A DNA stretch of 64,000 nt. Origin: Blastocladiella emersonii ATCC 22665. Lineage: Eukaryota; Fungi; Blastocladiomycota. Location of the stretch: positions 682,001 to 746,000 of the forward strand of contig JANHCV010000015.1 in assembly GCA_025594325.1 (NCBI GenBank), in the 5' to 3' direction. Shown here in pieces: positions 39,676 to 52,072 of this stretch (position 1 is the first letter of the stretch; every line of letters begins with the position of its first letter). The position numbers were made by a program, and so were the translations under genes. The notes below the pieces were generated by a model, which had not been told where the DNA came from, did not search any database, and saw only the letters and a list, made by a program, of their open reading frames with translations.

Positions 39676-42600
39676 CTAATCGTCAAGCTCCATGATCCGG
39701 TCGTCAATGACCCCATAGTCAATCCCGTCATCTTGATCCACACTATACGCACTCGCTGCACCGTTTCGAGGAATCTTAGGTCGGTGGTACTCGGCCCCCA
39801 GCGCGGGATACAGCGGGAGCACAAAACAGGAGCGAAGACACGGCCTCACGGCCGCAAAGAGGTCCGGGTCTACGCCCAGAGCGTTTCTGGCAATTCTAAA
39901 GGGCGCAGAAGAAAGCCCGTATTCGAGATACTGGAGGAAGCAAGAGAGGAACTTAGGCGGGACGACCAGTCGCATATTCTTGTCAGGATCACGATCGACG
40001 TCGGCAGCAAAGGTTGGCAGGTGCTGCATGGCAAGGGCAAGAGCAGAGGCGTTGAGCGGCCGGCGCCACGCTGCCGCCGTCTCGGGGTGAGGGAAGATGG
40101 TCATGTAAAGCACCGGGGTCGGCAAGTGGTCAGAGCAGGTCGGCTGGGCGACCTGCAAGTTGTTCAGGAGAAGCACGGCTTTAGGGCAGTCCTCGTCGCC
40201 CTCCTGCACGACCTCGACCACGTATTCCGCGCTCTGATACGCCCGAAAAAGCTTCGCGGCGGTGACGCGGAGAAACTTGGCTTCCTGCGCGGCGGATGGC
40301 TTCTGGTTGAGCACACTCACGGCCGCGACCACGGCCGCATCCTCGTCGCTCGCCGTAAACTGCAGCGTGCGGAGTGCAGCTTTAACATTGAGGATGGGTT
40401 GTGGCTCGACCGAGACAACGAGATCCGAATAGTCGGCGAGGAAAGGGACAAGGGGGAGGAACAGGTGCTCGGAGCCCGTGTGAGAGAGGTTGCGGGTGGC
40501 CGTGACCACGACGCGGCGCTCGGTGCGCTTTACGTCAATGTTCGCAGTCCGGGCAAGACACGGGAGCGTGTAGCCCTGCGGTTCCCCGTCAATGAGCAGC
40601 GCGATAACCCCAGTCGGCTCGCCTCGCACCGTCAGCCTGCGTGCGACCGTAGCCCGAAGTTTGTTGCGCGGAAGCAAAAGTGAGAGCTGAAGTGGCTCTG
40701 CACGCTCACTGGCAAGCTCAACGGGCAAGATCGGGCGCCGAGTAATGCAGCGTGTATCGTCGGGCGCACTGTACCGGTTTGCCGCGGAATACTCGACCGC
40801 GCGCTGGAAAGAGAACGCAAGCGATCCAACGGGGACCTGAGTGGTTGCAACGTCGGTGAGAGGAACTCGAATCGACATGCCAGCAACGGCTGACGGCGGG
40901 GCAATATCGATCAGGACGTGGTCAAGTCGAGCGCGAAGCCTCAAGTCGCCCGCCGTTTGAACAACATGACGCGGAACGTACGCAGCCACGCGCACACTGT
41001 TGCGTGCCACTAGCCGAACGACGTTGACGCTTTGGGATCGGTGTATATCCGTGCCAACCTGGACTTCAAGCGTCAAACAGTGCGGCGTGACGTCGGCTCC
41101 CACAGGAAGGTCAAGAGTGCCTTGGACAAGATACACGTAAGTTTCGCTGCAAAGACCGCCCGCCGAAGGGATTGGGAACCCATAAAGATGCGCGTGCATG
41201 AGCGATTCGGCAAAGGACGCGGCTGAGAGTGCTGCTGCTGAGAGCCACCCAAAACTCGCCCATGTCCGGCCAAGGCATTGAATGGACAGCAGCACCGGTC
41301 CACGAAAGTCGGCCGGCAGCAAGCGCGAAACCAAGGAGCTTGGCAAGGAGCGGACCGGCCGGGGTTGATGACGCTACGACAGTTGCGTCAGCATCATGAC
41401 GCGTTGCAATTAATCAAGGACGGACGTACCAAGGGACCGTTTCGATGCAACGCCGTCAGGGCCGCGAAGTTCCTCTGCGCAGCGGGCCAGCGCCTCGATG
41501 AGGAACGGCGACTCTTTCAGCGAGACAGGAACGCTAGGAAAATCAAGCTTGAAGAAAGTAAAAGCCTCGATGCTGCGGTCATCGTATCGCATAACGTGTC
41601 CCTTGGTCCAGGCGAAGCGCGAGACGTGAGGCGCCCACTGCATCTCCTCGGCCCGCTCAAAGAAATTGACCCCGAGAAGCGTCGGAAGCACCTCGAGCGG
41701 AAGTCCGAGAGCGTGACGAATGAACCCTTCACGCGTCGATGCAACCGAAGGAAGGTGCTCGGTCAAAATGTAGATCAACGACCGAGTATTTGACTCGTTA
41801 GCGGCGAGAAGAGGTGCCGCGTGGACGAGCACGCTGAGCAGGCCATACGTGTCGATGGCCGAACCCGTGTGGATCGCGTGGAAGCGCTGCTCGCGTGCGA
41901 CGAGCGATTCCATAACCGCGACGGGATGACCAACGCAGAACGCAATGCGAGCTCGGAACCGCACCACGGGCTCAGTACCCCAGGTCTGAGCAGGAGGGGG
42001 CAAAGTTGAGGAGTGCGGCACTCTCCCAGGGCCGAACACGGGTGCAAGTATGTTGAGCATCACCGTGCCGGCGCCATCGACGTCAGGTAAGCCCAGCTCG
42101 CGAACGAAAAAGGTGTCAAGCGGAGAATGACCGAAAGGCAACGAGAAGCGGATCGTGCCATTGGGGTTGACGAGGTACATGGTCAGGTTGGTCGCGAAGT
42201 GGAGCTCCACGGACGTACAATCCGGTTCATGGTCAACGCTGACGCCGTACGCACCGGACTCAAGGCCGGCGACGAGATAGTTTCTTGTTGTTGTAGCGGG
42301 CCTGGAAGCGTTGAACGGCGATCCCGACGTGGTCGTGCGGGTCCGCTGGATCCTGGATGCGATGGAGGAACTGCTTCCGCATGGTAAACATTTGCTCGAA
42401 CGAGACGTTCATGGCCAGCCACGACTTCCAGCAGTGGCGGACGGCGCGAAGCGTTTCGTCGTTGAGCACACGGACCCGGGCAGTCGGGGAGCTCCAGTCA
42501 ACGCCGAGGCACAGGCGCATCTGCCGGTCCCAGAACGTGCGGGCTTTGGGCTCAAAAAGCTGCGAAAAGTAGAGCTGACCGATGAAGCGCGAGGGGGTGC

Positions 42601-42917
42601 GGTCGGCCGCGAACTCGCCGTTCGCGACGGCATGGAGGACCAGCAAGTCGCGCGCGAGCACTTCAGGGTGCGTATCACACAAGACGAAGTCGAGATCGGC
42701 GGTGCCGTACTTGCGCTTTGCCTCGTCAATGGTGTGCGCAACGTCGCGCAAGTTGCCGCACTGAACTGAGAGCACGGAGAGTTGGTCCATGGCACGCGGG
42801 TTGTGGCGCAAAAGCAGGTCACGCGGAACAGAGCGGCCGTAGGGGAAGTAAGGGTCGGTCGTCTCGTCGCCAAAGAGCATCGGGTTTGCCAACGTCGGCG
42901 CGAACGATGCCGCAGGT

Positions 42918-42948
<31 letters not shown>

Positions 42949-42997
42949 CCTTGCCCCGCGAAGCGTTGCCCTTAGTCTTTGCCTTCTTTGGCTTCAT
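39676..42997 (-). pseudogene. DUF4470-like copy 5 (inverted; two frameshifts)
   Basis: MKPKKAKTKG start and the DUF4470 motif. The frame breaks near 42280 and near 41225 relative to the paralogs. The conserved intron lies at about 41373-41430. Confidence 0.78.
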
Positions 42998-43371
42998 TGG
43001 GAATGACATGAACATGCGCTGTGAGAGAGCGAGCGGTTGCGCGAGGCGAGGCGGGGCTTTCGATGGTCGTTGAGCATCAGGTGACCCTATCCGTGTACTT
43101 GGTGAATGAGGGCGTTTGAGAAATATGTACTTTAATATACTTTGAAGAGGCATATGATGAGGATCGATTGTCTAGCAAGGTATCCTGCAAATCAAGACGT
43201 ATGTGAGAGTGTTACTGTGACCGTAACCCAAGTCTGCTAGTGCGCGTGTTCATAGTGAGCCAGTCAGTCAACTTCGCAGCCTTGGTAAGGTCGGGCGAAC
43301 ACGCTGGCTGTGCGAAGCGATCACGCAGCCGAGAACGCACCGACAGGTTCGAGCGAGGCGCCGCGGGCAGG

Positions 43372-44012
43372 GCGTGATGAGGCCATGGTCGCCACGGCCC
43401 CGGGAGGGTCCGCTCCAGAGCCCCAGCGCGAACGATGCGTACCTAGCCTTGACTGAGATCGAGTACCAGTTGCGCTGCGCCGCGCCGGTAGCCTTAACCC
43501 GGTATTCGTTCGGTGGAAAGCGAACGGGAGCGCGTCCTGGCTCGACTCGTGCATTGATAGAAAGTCACCCCGGATCCGCTCATCGTCACGCGGGCAACGG
43601 CCAAGAAAAGCTCAACCACAGCCTTGAACATGTTTAGAGCACGACCAGCGCGAGAGATAGTCAACCAGTCGAGTACGCGCCGGCAATCCTGTGCGATGCG
43701 CCGAGAGCGGTGCGTGATGAGGCCATGGTCGCCGTGGCCGCGGGCGCAGCTGTCTGGGTCTGCTTGAGAGCACCAACGCGAACGACGACGAGTACTTGGT
43801 CGAGATCAACCACCAGCTGCGCTGCACCGCGCCCGTAATGTTAACTCATCGTTCGGTTGATGGCAAACGGCGTCGTTGCTTGACTCGCGCGCGCCTGACG
43901 CTGTTAGAAAGACCCCGGATCAGTTCTCCGCATTCGTCGTCCCGCAGACAAGGGTCAAGATGAGCTCGACAACGGCCTCGCCAATGTTCAGAGCACGGAC
44001 AACGCGAGAGAC
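43372..44012. repeat. Diverged ~340-bp tandem duplication
   Basis: GCGTGATGAGGCCATGGTCGCC occurs at 43372 and 43712, and colinear similarity continues (GCGCTGC.CCGCGCC, CCCCGGATC, AGAGCACG...CGCGAGAGA). Confidence 0.7.
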
Positions 44013-44659
44013 GATCATGCAGCTCAGGAGCCACCAGCGCGACGGACGAGCGTCCAAGCATGTCTTGGCCACAGTCAAGTAACCGTTGCATCGCGCGCCG
44101 CGCCGAGGACGGGGTTCACTTGATGGCAAGCAGCTGGAAGCGTGCCGTCGCTCGACTCGCGCGCGACTCGCACTGTTCGCCAGCCATTGGATCGCTCGGA
44201 CACGCTCCTTGTCACCCAGACAGCTGCCATGGCAGCCGAGGTTCCTGTGACCGAGTTGCTTGGCGCCGCACCGCCGCGACGGTCGAGCGGACCGTCAGCG
44301 GCTAAGCCAAGGCAGCCCGCGCGACGCGAAAGAGGCGCCAGTACGTCCCGCGCACAACCGACGTCGCACACCCGCGAGGCCGCAGAAACGAGCAGCTAGA
44401 GCCAACTGCATCAGCTTTCATTCGATTTGCATGCTCAAGTCTCTCGGCCAAGGGGAGAGAGGGAGAGAGGGCGAGAGGGCGAGAGGGCGAGAGAAGGCTA
44501 TGGACGCGCGGCGCCCAAGCTTCGCCACACGGCGTGACCGGCGCGCCCGCTGACCGCCGAGCTCGCCCGCCGACGTGGCACCCTCTTGACCGCGCGACGC
44601 CCACCCCCTCTCCCTCCTCTCCCCAACCCCACCCTCACTGCAACGAATCAACCAACGTT

Positions 44660-46472
44660 ATGCTCGACTACTTCCTAATCCTGACCACGGGCGGCGTCGC
44701 GCTGTACGACCGGTCGTTCAACCCGGCGCAGACCCCCGCCGCGCGCTCGGCCTCGGTCAACGCCCTGATCTCGCACCTGCTGGTCGCGGGCACGGGCACC
44801 GCGTCCGAAACCTTCCTGCACGGCTCGACCGCTCTGCGGGCGCACGTGAACCACACGCGCGGGCTCGTCCTCGTAGCGGCATCCCCCAAGACGATCCCGG
44901 CCGAGTACGCGCCCGAACTGCTGGCGCGCATGGAGCGCGTCGTGCTCAAGCTCGTGGACGGCGGGGACGTGCCGACGTTCGGGCTGGCCGAGGGCGACCG
45001 CGCTGCGCTCGATGCCGCGTTCTTGCAGGTGCTCGACGCGTGCGAGAACGGCGCGGGGCGCAAGGCGCCACCAGCGGCAGCAGTGCACGATGACGGCGAC
45101 GAGGACGACGACGAGCACCGCACGCGCGGCGGCGGGCGGCGCGGCGGGCGCAAGTCGCGCGGCAACAAGAAGGGCGGCGACGACGGCTCGGTATGCTCCG
45201 GCCCCCTCACCCTTCCCTCGCCCCTATCTAACCCACTTCCGTGAATAGCCCGCATCCGGCCGCGGCACCAAGCCCGGCAAAGCCGCGCGCAAGTGGGACG
45301 GCTCGTCGCTGTCGCAGTCCGAGGCGGCCGCGCTCGACTTCAGCAGCGCGCCGCCGCCGCCTTCATCCGACTCGGCCTCGGTGGCTCACCTGGTGGACGC
45401 GGCGTCGCTGGGCAGCACGGGCCGCGACGGGAGCTACACGCCGCAGGACCTGGTCGCCGCCGCTTCGTCCACCCCAACCTCGGCCGAGACCGCGGCGCCG
45501 AGCTTCCTGTCGTCGATGAAGAACCTGTTCTCGGGCAACCGCGCGCTGACCGAGTCGGACCTCGCTCCCGTCCTCGCGTCCATGGAGACGCACCTGATCA
45601 GCAAGAACGTGGCGGCCGAAGTCGCGCGTGACCTGCTGGCGTCCGTTGGCGCGTCGCTCGTGGGGCAGCGGATCGGGTGGACGTCCGTCGGGACACACCT
45701 GCGGCGCGCCATGGAAGACCGGCTGCACCGCGTGCTGCTCCCCTCGGCGTCGACGGACCTGCTGCGCGACATCCAGGACCGGCGGCGCGCGGGCGGCGGG
45801 CCGTACGTGGCCGTGTTCTGCGGGGTCAACGGGGTCGGGAAATCGACCAATCTCGCGAAAATCACCTTCTGGCTGCTGCGCAACCGCCTCAAGGTCCTGA
45901 TCGCCGCCTGCGACACGTTCCGGAGCGGCGCCGTCGAGCAGCTGCGCACCCACGTCCGCAACCTGCGCATCCTGACGCAGCAGCAGCTCGGCGCCGATGC
46001 GGGGGAACCGACGATCGAGCTGTTCGAGCGCGGGTACGGCAAGGACGCGGCGGGGATCGCGCGCGACGCGATCGCGCACGCCAAGTCGCGCGGGTTCGAC
46101 GTGGTGCTGGTCGATACCGCGGGCCGGATGCAGGACAACGAGCCGCTGATGCGGTCGCTGGCCAAGCTGATGGCGCTGAACCAGCCCGACAAGGTGATCT
46201 TCGTGGGCGAGGCGCTCGTGGGGAATGAGAGCGTGGACCAGCTGACCAAGTTCAACGCGGCGATCCGCGATTTCTCGTCGCAGGCCGTGCCGCGCGATAT
46301 CGACGCCATGGTCATGACCAAGTTCGACGTGATTGCCGACAAGGTCGGCGCCGCCGTCAGCATGACGTTTATCACGCGCCGCCCGATCCTGTTTGTCGGG
46401 ACGGGACAGACGTACACGGACCTCAAGCGGATCAACGTCGCGGCGATTGTCGAGGCGCTGCTCGCTCCTTGA
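44660..46472 (+). CDS. SRP101: Signal recognition particle receptor alpha; join(44660..45190,45249..46472)
   Basis: MLDYFLILTTGGVALY longin domain, RKWD...LDFS linker, and SRP GTPase motifs GVNGVGKSTNLAK, ACDTFRSGAVEQL, DTAGRMQ and TKFD. Intron GTATGC...CTAAC...TAG. Confidence 0.95.
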
Positions 46473-46492
46473 AATGGATGCACTAGACTAGT

Positions 46493-48632
46493 TTATTTAT
46501 CTGCCCGCCGCGCATTCGCAAACTTGATGTACGGCGCCATGATCCGCGCCGCGCGCCGGCGACCTTCGTTGATCCACGCGGTGTGCCGCGGCTTGACGAG
46601 GTCGTCGTCCTCTTCCTCGCTGACCCACCCGCTCTCGTCCGCCACCTCGTCCTCGTCGACCTTCATCCCCGCGACGCCGTCCACAATCTCCTCGACGCCC
46701 TTGTCCTCGCGCGCACACGTCGCGGGAAGCCGGATCCCACACTCCTCCGCGGCCTTCCGCAGATCCCTCCACCCGATCTCGCGCGCCTCGAGATCGCGGT
46801 CGAGCGCATGGACCGCCGCAAGGCGGATCAGCCGCTTGATCTCGGCGCCGGAGCACCCGGTCGTGAACCTGGCGACGACCCGGCGGTCGACATCCCCCGC
46901 CAGCACCGCGGTCGTAGCCCCCAAAATCGCCTCGCGGTCTTTCCGCGAGGGCAGCGGCACGGGGACGAGCTGGTCGAGCCGTCCGGGCCGGAGGAGCGCG
47001 TCGTCGATAGCGTCGGGGCGGGACGTGCAGGCGACGACGACGACGCCGGTGCGGGCCGAGATGCCGTCCATTTCGTTGAGGAGGGTCGAGAGGACGCGTT
47101 CGTTGACGGACGACGTGGTTGACCCGGAAGACCAGGCGCGTTTCGCGGCGAGGGCGTCGAGCTCGTCAAAGAAGAGCACGCACGGCGCGGATTTGCGGGC
47201 TTCGGCGAACAGGGTGCGCAGGCGGGATTCGGATTCGCCAAAGTACTTTGAGAGGAGCTCGGGGCTACATTTCCGTAAACGTCAGCTCGCTGGATCCTAG
47301 TTCACCCGAAGCGCACACGTACCCCTTGACACTCACGACATTCACCGTCGGCTCCGACGCGAGCGCGTGCACGATCTGCGTCTTCCCGCACCCGTGCGGT
47401 CCATACAGGAGGACGCCACCGGGCGCGCGGGCGCCGACGCGCGCGTAGGCTTCCGGATGGGCGAGCGGCTGGAGGACGGCGTGCTGCAGCTTGCGCACGA
47501 CGCGGGCGTACCCGGCGACGTCCGACCAGGCGACGCGCGGGACCGGGCGAGTGTACTGCTCCGAGACGGCGAGCGAGGGCGGGACGCGGTGCAGGGCGGT
47601 CGGGACGGAGGTGAGTTTAATGGTGCGGAAGGTGGAGAGGAGAAAGAGGTGCCGCGTGACGAGGGTCAGGTCGCGCCACGAGTAGCCCGTGGAGATCTAC
47701 GGTTGTGCAGGGTGGTGAGCGGTGTGGGAGGGGAAGGCGGGGGAGTGAGGGACGCGTACGCTGGCAATGTGCCGCGCGAGCCACGCGAGCTGAGCCGCGC
47801 GGTCGTCTCCTTGGATATCGGCGTCGAACGCGAAGGTTTCAGGGAGCGAGGCGAGCAGGCCGGCCATGATCTCCTCGCGGATCGACCTACACACGACGAC
47901 GGCGCGTCAGCCCTCTGCCCCGAACGCACGCCCACGGCACACGTACTGGGTCGGCGTCGGCAGCTGGACGCAGTGCGGGAACAGGTTCGGATGGGATGCG
48001 ATGGTCGGCTTGTTCCACGTCGCGACGAGGGCAATCTACACACGAAAGGATCAGAGCCCGGTCCGGTCCACGACGCGGCGCGGCGCGCGGGGGCAGGCGT
48101 ACCGGGACGTGCGCGGGGATCCCGGCAACAAACTTGGCGATGCGTGCGAGAAAGAGCGTGACGGCCGTCTCGAGGGTATCGTCTACATTCCCCAATAGTC
48201 TCAGCAACGGGTGCAGCGAGCACGCATCCTGGGTGACGTACACCCCTGGGCCATCAACAGATCGTCCATAACCACGACAACAGGAGCAACCGACCCTTCC
48301 GCCTGCCCCTTGGCCATGGCGAGCACCTCCGCGGGCACCGCCACCTTCAAAAAGTCCTTTCCCGCGTTCTCGTCCTTGGCGTAGAACCTGACGCCGCGGA
48401 CAGCCGACACCTCGACGACGCGCACTCCGCTGCGCTCCACCAGCAGATCGAGTGCGGCGCGGAGCACGGGCGACTTGCCGGCCCCCGCCCCGCCGGCGAC
48501 GAGGAAGCCGCGCGAGGGGGCGAGCCCGAGCACGCGCGCGGCGGCGGCCAGGTCGTAGCAGTCGCTCTGGATGGCACACGCCAGGCGGTCGGCGAGCGAC
48601 GCGTAGGTTGCGGGGAGTCGCGGTCGTTGCAT
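46493..48632 (-). CDS. Two-domain AAA+ ATPase of the CDC48/AFG2 family (SPATA5L1-like); several introns not fully resolved
   Basis: D1: AGGAGAGKS and VVMDD. D2: GVLLYGPHGCGKT, SKYFGESE, LFFDELD, LLNEMDG and DDALLRPGRLD. Confidence 0.85.
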
Positions 48633-48948
48633 GTGAGGTTTTCAGGAGTTGCCAAGAGGAACAAGCAAGGGAGCGTTGCGAGGAGAAGAGGGAGGAAGGT
48701 GAAACGCCGCCCGCGTGGTTGGCTGCGCCGCAGACGCAAGCGGGCGTCGCCACACGGCCACACGCGGGCTGCCCGGCCGGTCCCTGAGCGGTTCTCAAGG
48801 AGACGCCCACCCGCTCGCTGCTTGTTACGCCCACGGCACACACGGCCCATGGGCCCGGTGGGTGTCCTGCTGGCCAGGCAGTCGGCCTTGCTTGACGAGC
48901 CGTTGCCGATCCTCTCTCCCGACCGCCGTCCTCGCGCGAATCCCGCCC

Positions 48949-50362
48949 ATGTATCCAATGCGACACGACGCCGTGACCGTCGACCTGCCGCTGCTCTCGC
49001 CGACTGAGTCCACCGCGACCGCGTCACCCATCCCGGCGCCACGCCGCCACGATCCTCACGGCGACGATGGAGACGACGAGGCCATGACGGCCATGGCGTT
49101 CCTCAAATCCACCACCACCCCGCTGCGCAGCCCGTGGTGGCACCGCCCCCGGATCCTGGCTGCCGCCGCAATCCTGGCCGTCCTCGCACTCGCGCTGGCC
49201 AGCGGGTCGGTGCTGAGCGCGGCGCGGCGGCACGGTGCGGTCGCAGTCTCCGCGGCGCCGAGCGTGACCGCGGCCGTCGACGACGCAGTTCCCGCGCCGG
49301 CGGCCGCCGAGCTCGACTTCTCGTTCCTCGCGCGCGAGCGCGGCAACCTCGCGCCACTGACGGGCGACCTGGCCGCGCCGCGGACCCCACCGCTCGACGC
49401 GGCCCACCGGCAGCCGGGCCTGCTGGCGGTCCCCGTGTCCAAAAAATCGATCTCCCGGATTCTGCCGGTGCTCGAGCGGTTCGAGCGCGCGGGGTTCGGC
49501 GTGCTGCTGTTCCACTGGGATCACGACGTGTGGGCGTCGGCTCCCGCCACATCCCGTTTCCCGAGCGTGGTGGCGGTGAACCAGACCAAGTTCTGGTTCG
49601 CGAAGCGGTTCCTGACGCCGCAGGTCGTCGACAACTACCGCTACGTGTTCCTGTGGGACGACGATGTCGGGCTGCCCGACGGCTGGGACCCGCTCGCGTT
49701 CGTCAAGGTGCTGAGCGAGAACAACCTGCACATTGCGCAGCCCGCGCTGCGGTCGGGCGTCCGCGAGTACGGCCAGAGCGCGGTCGTCAAGCAGCAGCCC
49801 GACGTGGTCAAGGCGGGCCGCGTGGGACGGTTGACGTCGTTTGTCGAGGTCATGATGCCGGTCTTCTCGCGCGAGGCGTGGCAGAACTGCGTCGTACGTT
49901 CTTCCCTCCTCCCTCCCCAGCCATGTCCCTAACACTCACCCCGCAATCCCGTAGTACGAATCGATCCCCTGGGACGGCCACTCGTACTGGGGCCTCGACT
50001 TTGCGTGGTACCCGCACTGCGCGAGCAAGGGCTACTGCCGGCTCGGCGTGGTCGACGCGATGCCCGTGGACCACCTCGACACGCGGTCGCTGAACCAGGC
50101 CACCGACGCCAACATGCACGAGCTCGGCGCGTACGTCGCCGCGTACACGTCCATCTGCGAGAACCCATCAACGGCGGCGGGGACCCCGCGAGGGCGCGCC
50201 ATCTGCGAGTACCTCGCGCGGTTCCCGCTGGGCACGCATATGGCGTCGCTCGGGGTGCTCGATCCCAAAGAGAGGGCGACGTGTCCACAGGCCGAGCGGT
50301 GGCCGAGTGCTCGCGTGAATGAGGGCGTTCAATGTGTATTTCGTGTGAGAGTGACTGTATAA
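48949..50362 (+). CDS. DUF707-like type II membrane protein (putative glycosyltransferase); join(48949..49893,49955..50362)
   Basis: TM anchor, then KFWFAKRFL, YRYVFLWDDD, IAQPAL, FVEVMMPVFSR.AW and WGLD. The phase-0 intron joins the exons in frame. Confidence 0.8.
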
Positions 50363-50675
50363 ATCTGCCTCCCTCCTTGCCTTACCGAAAACGCGTCGCA
50401 TCCCATCAAACGCGTGATGCGTCTCGCACCCGCGCACGTGCACGGTGGGAGACACTCCACGCGTCGCGCGTTCCTGCGCTTTTGCCCACGCCCCGCACGC
50501 ACGCACCTTCGCACTCCCTCGCTTCCCGCCCACCCACCCGCCCCCGAAAGCGACGGATCCGACACGCGCTGGCCGTATATCTGCTCCCCCGCTGCCCTGC
50601 ACTGCGATCCGCCCGCCCGCTCGCCGACTGGTCTCGACGACGCCGACGACTCGCAGCAACCGCACTATCAACACC

Positions 50676-51891
50676 ATGGACCCCCAGCAGCCGCAGCCCG
50701 CACCCGTCGACGCGCAGGCGCTCGCCGGCGACACCCTGTCGCGCGCGGTCCCCTCGTCGGGCGGCGGCGGAAACGACGTGTTTGTCGCCTCCCTCGCCAA
50801 GACCGCGCCGGCGCCCGAGTACGTGGTCCTCAAGTCCGGCGCGGCCCCGACCAACCTGTCCCCCGCGGTCCGCGACACGCGCCCGTGGTGGAAGCGCAAG
50901 CGCAACTGGCCGATCGTGGCGGCGCTGACGTTCCTGGTCGTGTCGCTGGGCGCGACGATGGTGGGCGCGGCGCTCATGTACCGCGGCGAGCGCGCCATGG
51001 TGCAGGCGGCCGCGTACGCGCCGCCGAGCTCGGTCAAGGACTATATCGCCATGGAGGTCAAGCTGCGCCACCTCGACCTCGACGCGGGTGTCGGGCAGGT
51101 CGCGATTAGCAAGGTACGCTCCACGCGCGACGGACAGTTGTGTGGTGAAAACTGACGCGTCGCGCCCCGCCGTGTAGATTGTGCCGTACGGCAAGTACGC
51201 GTCGGGCAGCGGCTCGACGTTCCTGCGCGAGCGGACCGAGCTGTTCGTGAACGGCAACCAGTTCGTTCTCGACGCGGGGTTCCCGGCGCGCGAGATCGAG
51301 GCGCCCTTCTCGTTCACGGGCGGCCAGATCGCCAAGTACCCGTTCGACAAGCACGCGGCGTCCATTTCCGTGTACGCCATGACGACGGCGTCGCGGTCGG
51401 CGCTCGTGGCCTCGCTCGCGACGGGCACCGGCGCCGTCACGGCCAACCCGATGATCCCCGTCAAGATGGTCCTGTTCGGCGGCGTGCAGTCGCTGTCGCT
51501 GAACGCGACCGTCGACACGAACCTGGCGGACGTCGGGATGCTGCAGACGCGGGTGCGCGTTTCGCGGTCGCCGCTGACCAAGCTGTTCTCGGTGCTCGTG
51601 CTGTCGCTGCTGTGGGCGCTGTCGATCGCGATGCTGGCCGTCGCCGTCGACACGCTGCTGCACCGCAAGGACGTGTCGCCGTCGCTGCTGCTGGTGAACG
51701 GCGGCATGCTGTTCGCGCTGCCGACGCTGCGCAACGTGCAGCCGGGGGTCACGGCGCTGGGCACGACGAGCGATGTCGTCGGCTTCTTCTGGAACATGGC
51801 CATCGCGTGCGTCGCGTTCGTCCTGCTCGCCGGGTACTGGGTCTACCTCGCGGCCAAGGCCCACAAGAAGGCGACGGCCGCCGCGCAGTAG
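50676..51891 (+). CDS. DUF4436-like membrane protein; join(50676..51113,51178..51891)
   Basis: N-terminal TM, a beta-rich domain with KYPFD, then three TMs with LFALPTLRNVQPG...GTTSDVVGFFWN. Confidence 0.78.
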
Positions 51892-52072
51892 GTCGATGGT
51901 CGCTGCTGTCCTCGCACTACTTGTTCTTTGTCCATTCTCCTCTCGAAAGTACCTCCCGCCCGCTAGTCGCTGTGCTGTGCAAACCGTGCAATGACTATAT
52001 TTTAAAAACCCCTCCATCAACCGTCACACTCTCGAGAGACTCCCGCGATACAAAACTGGCCTCTCTACCCCG

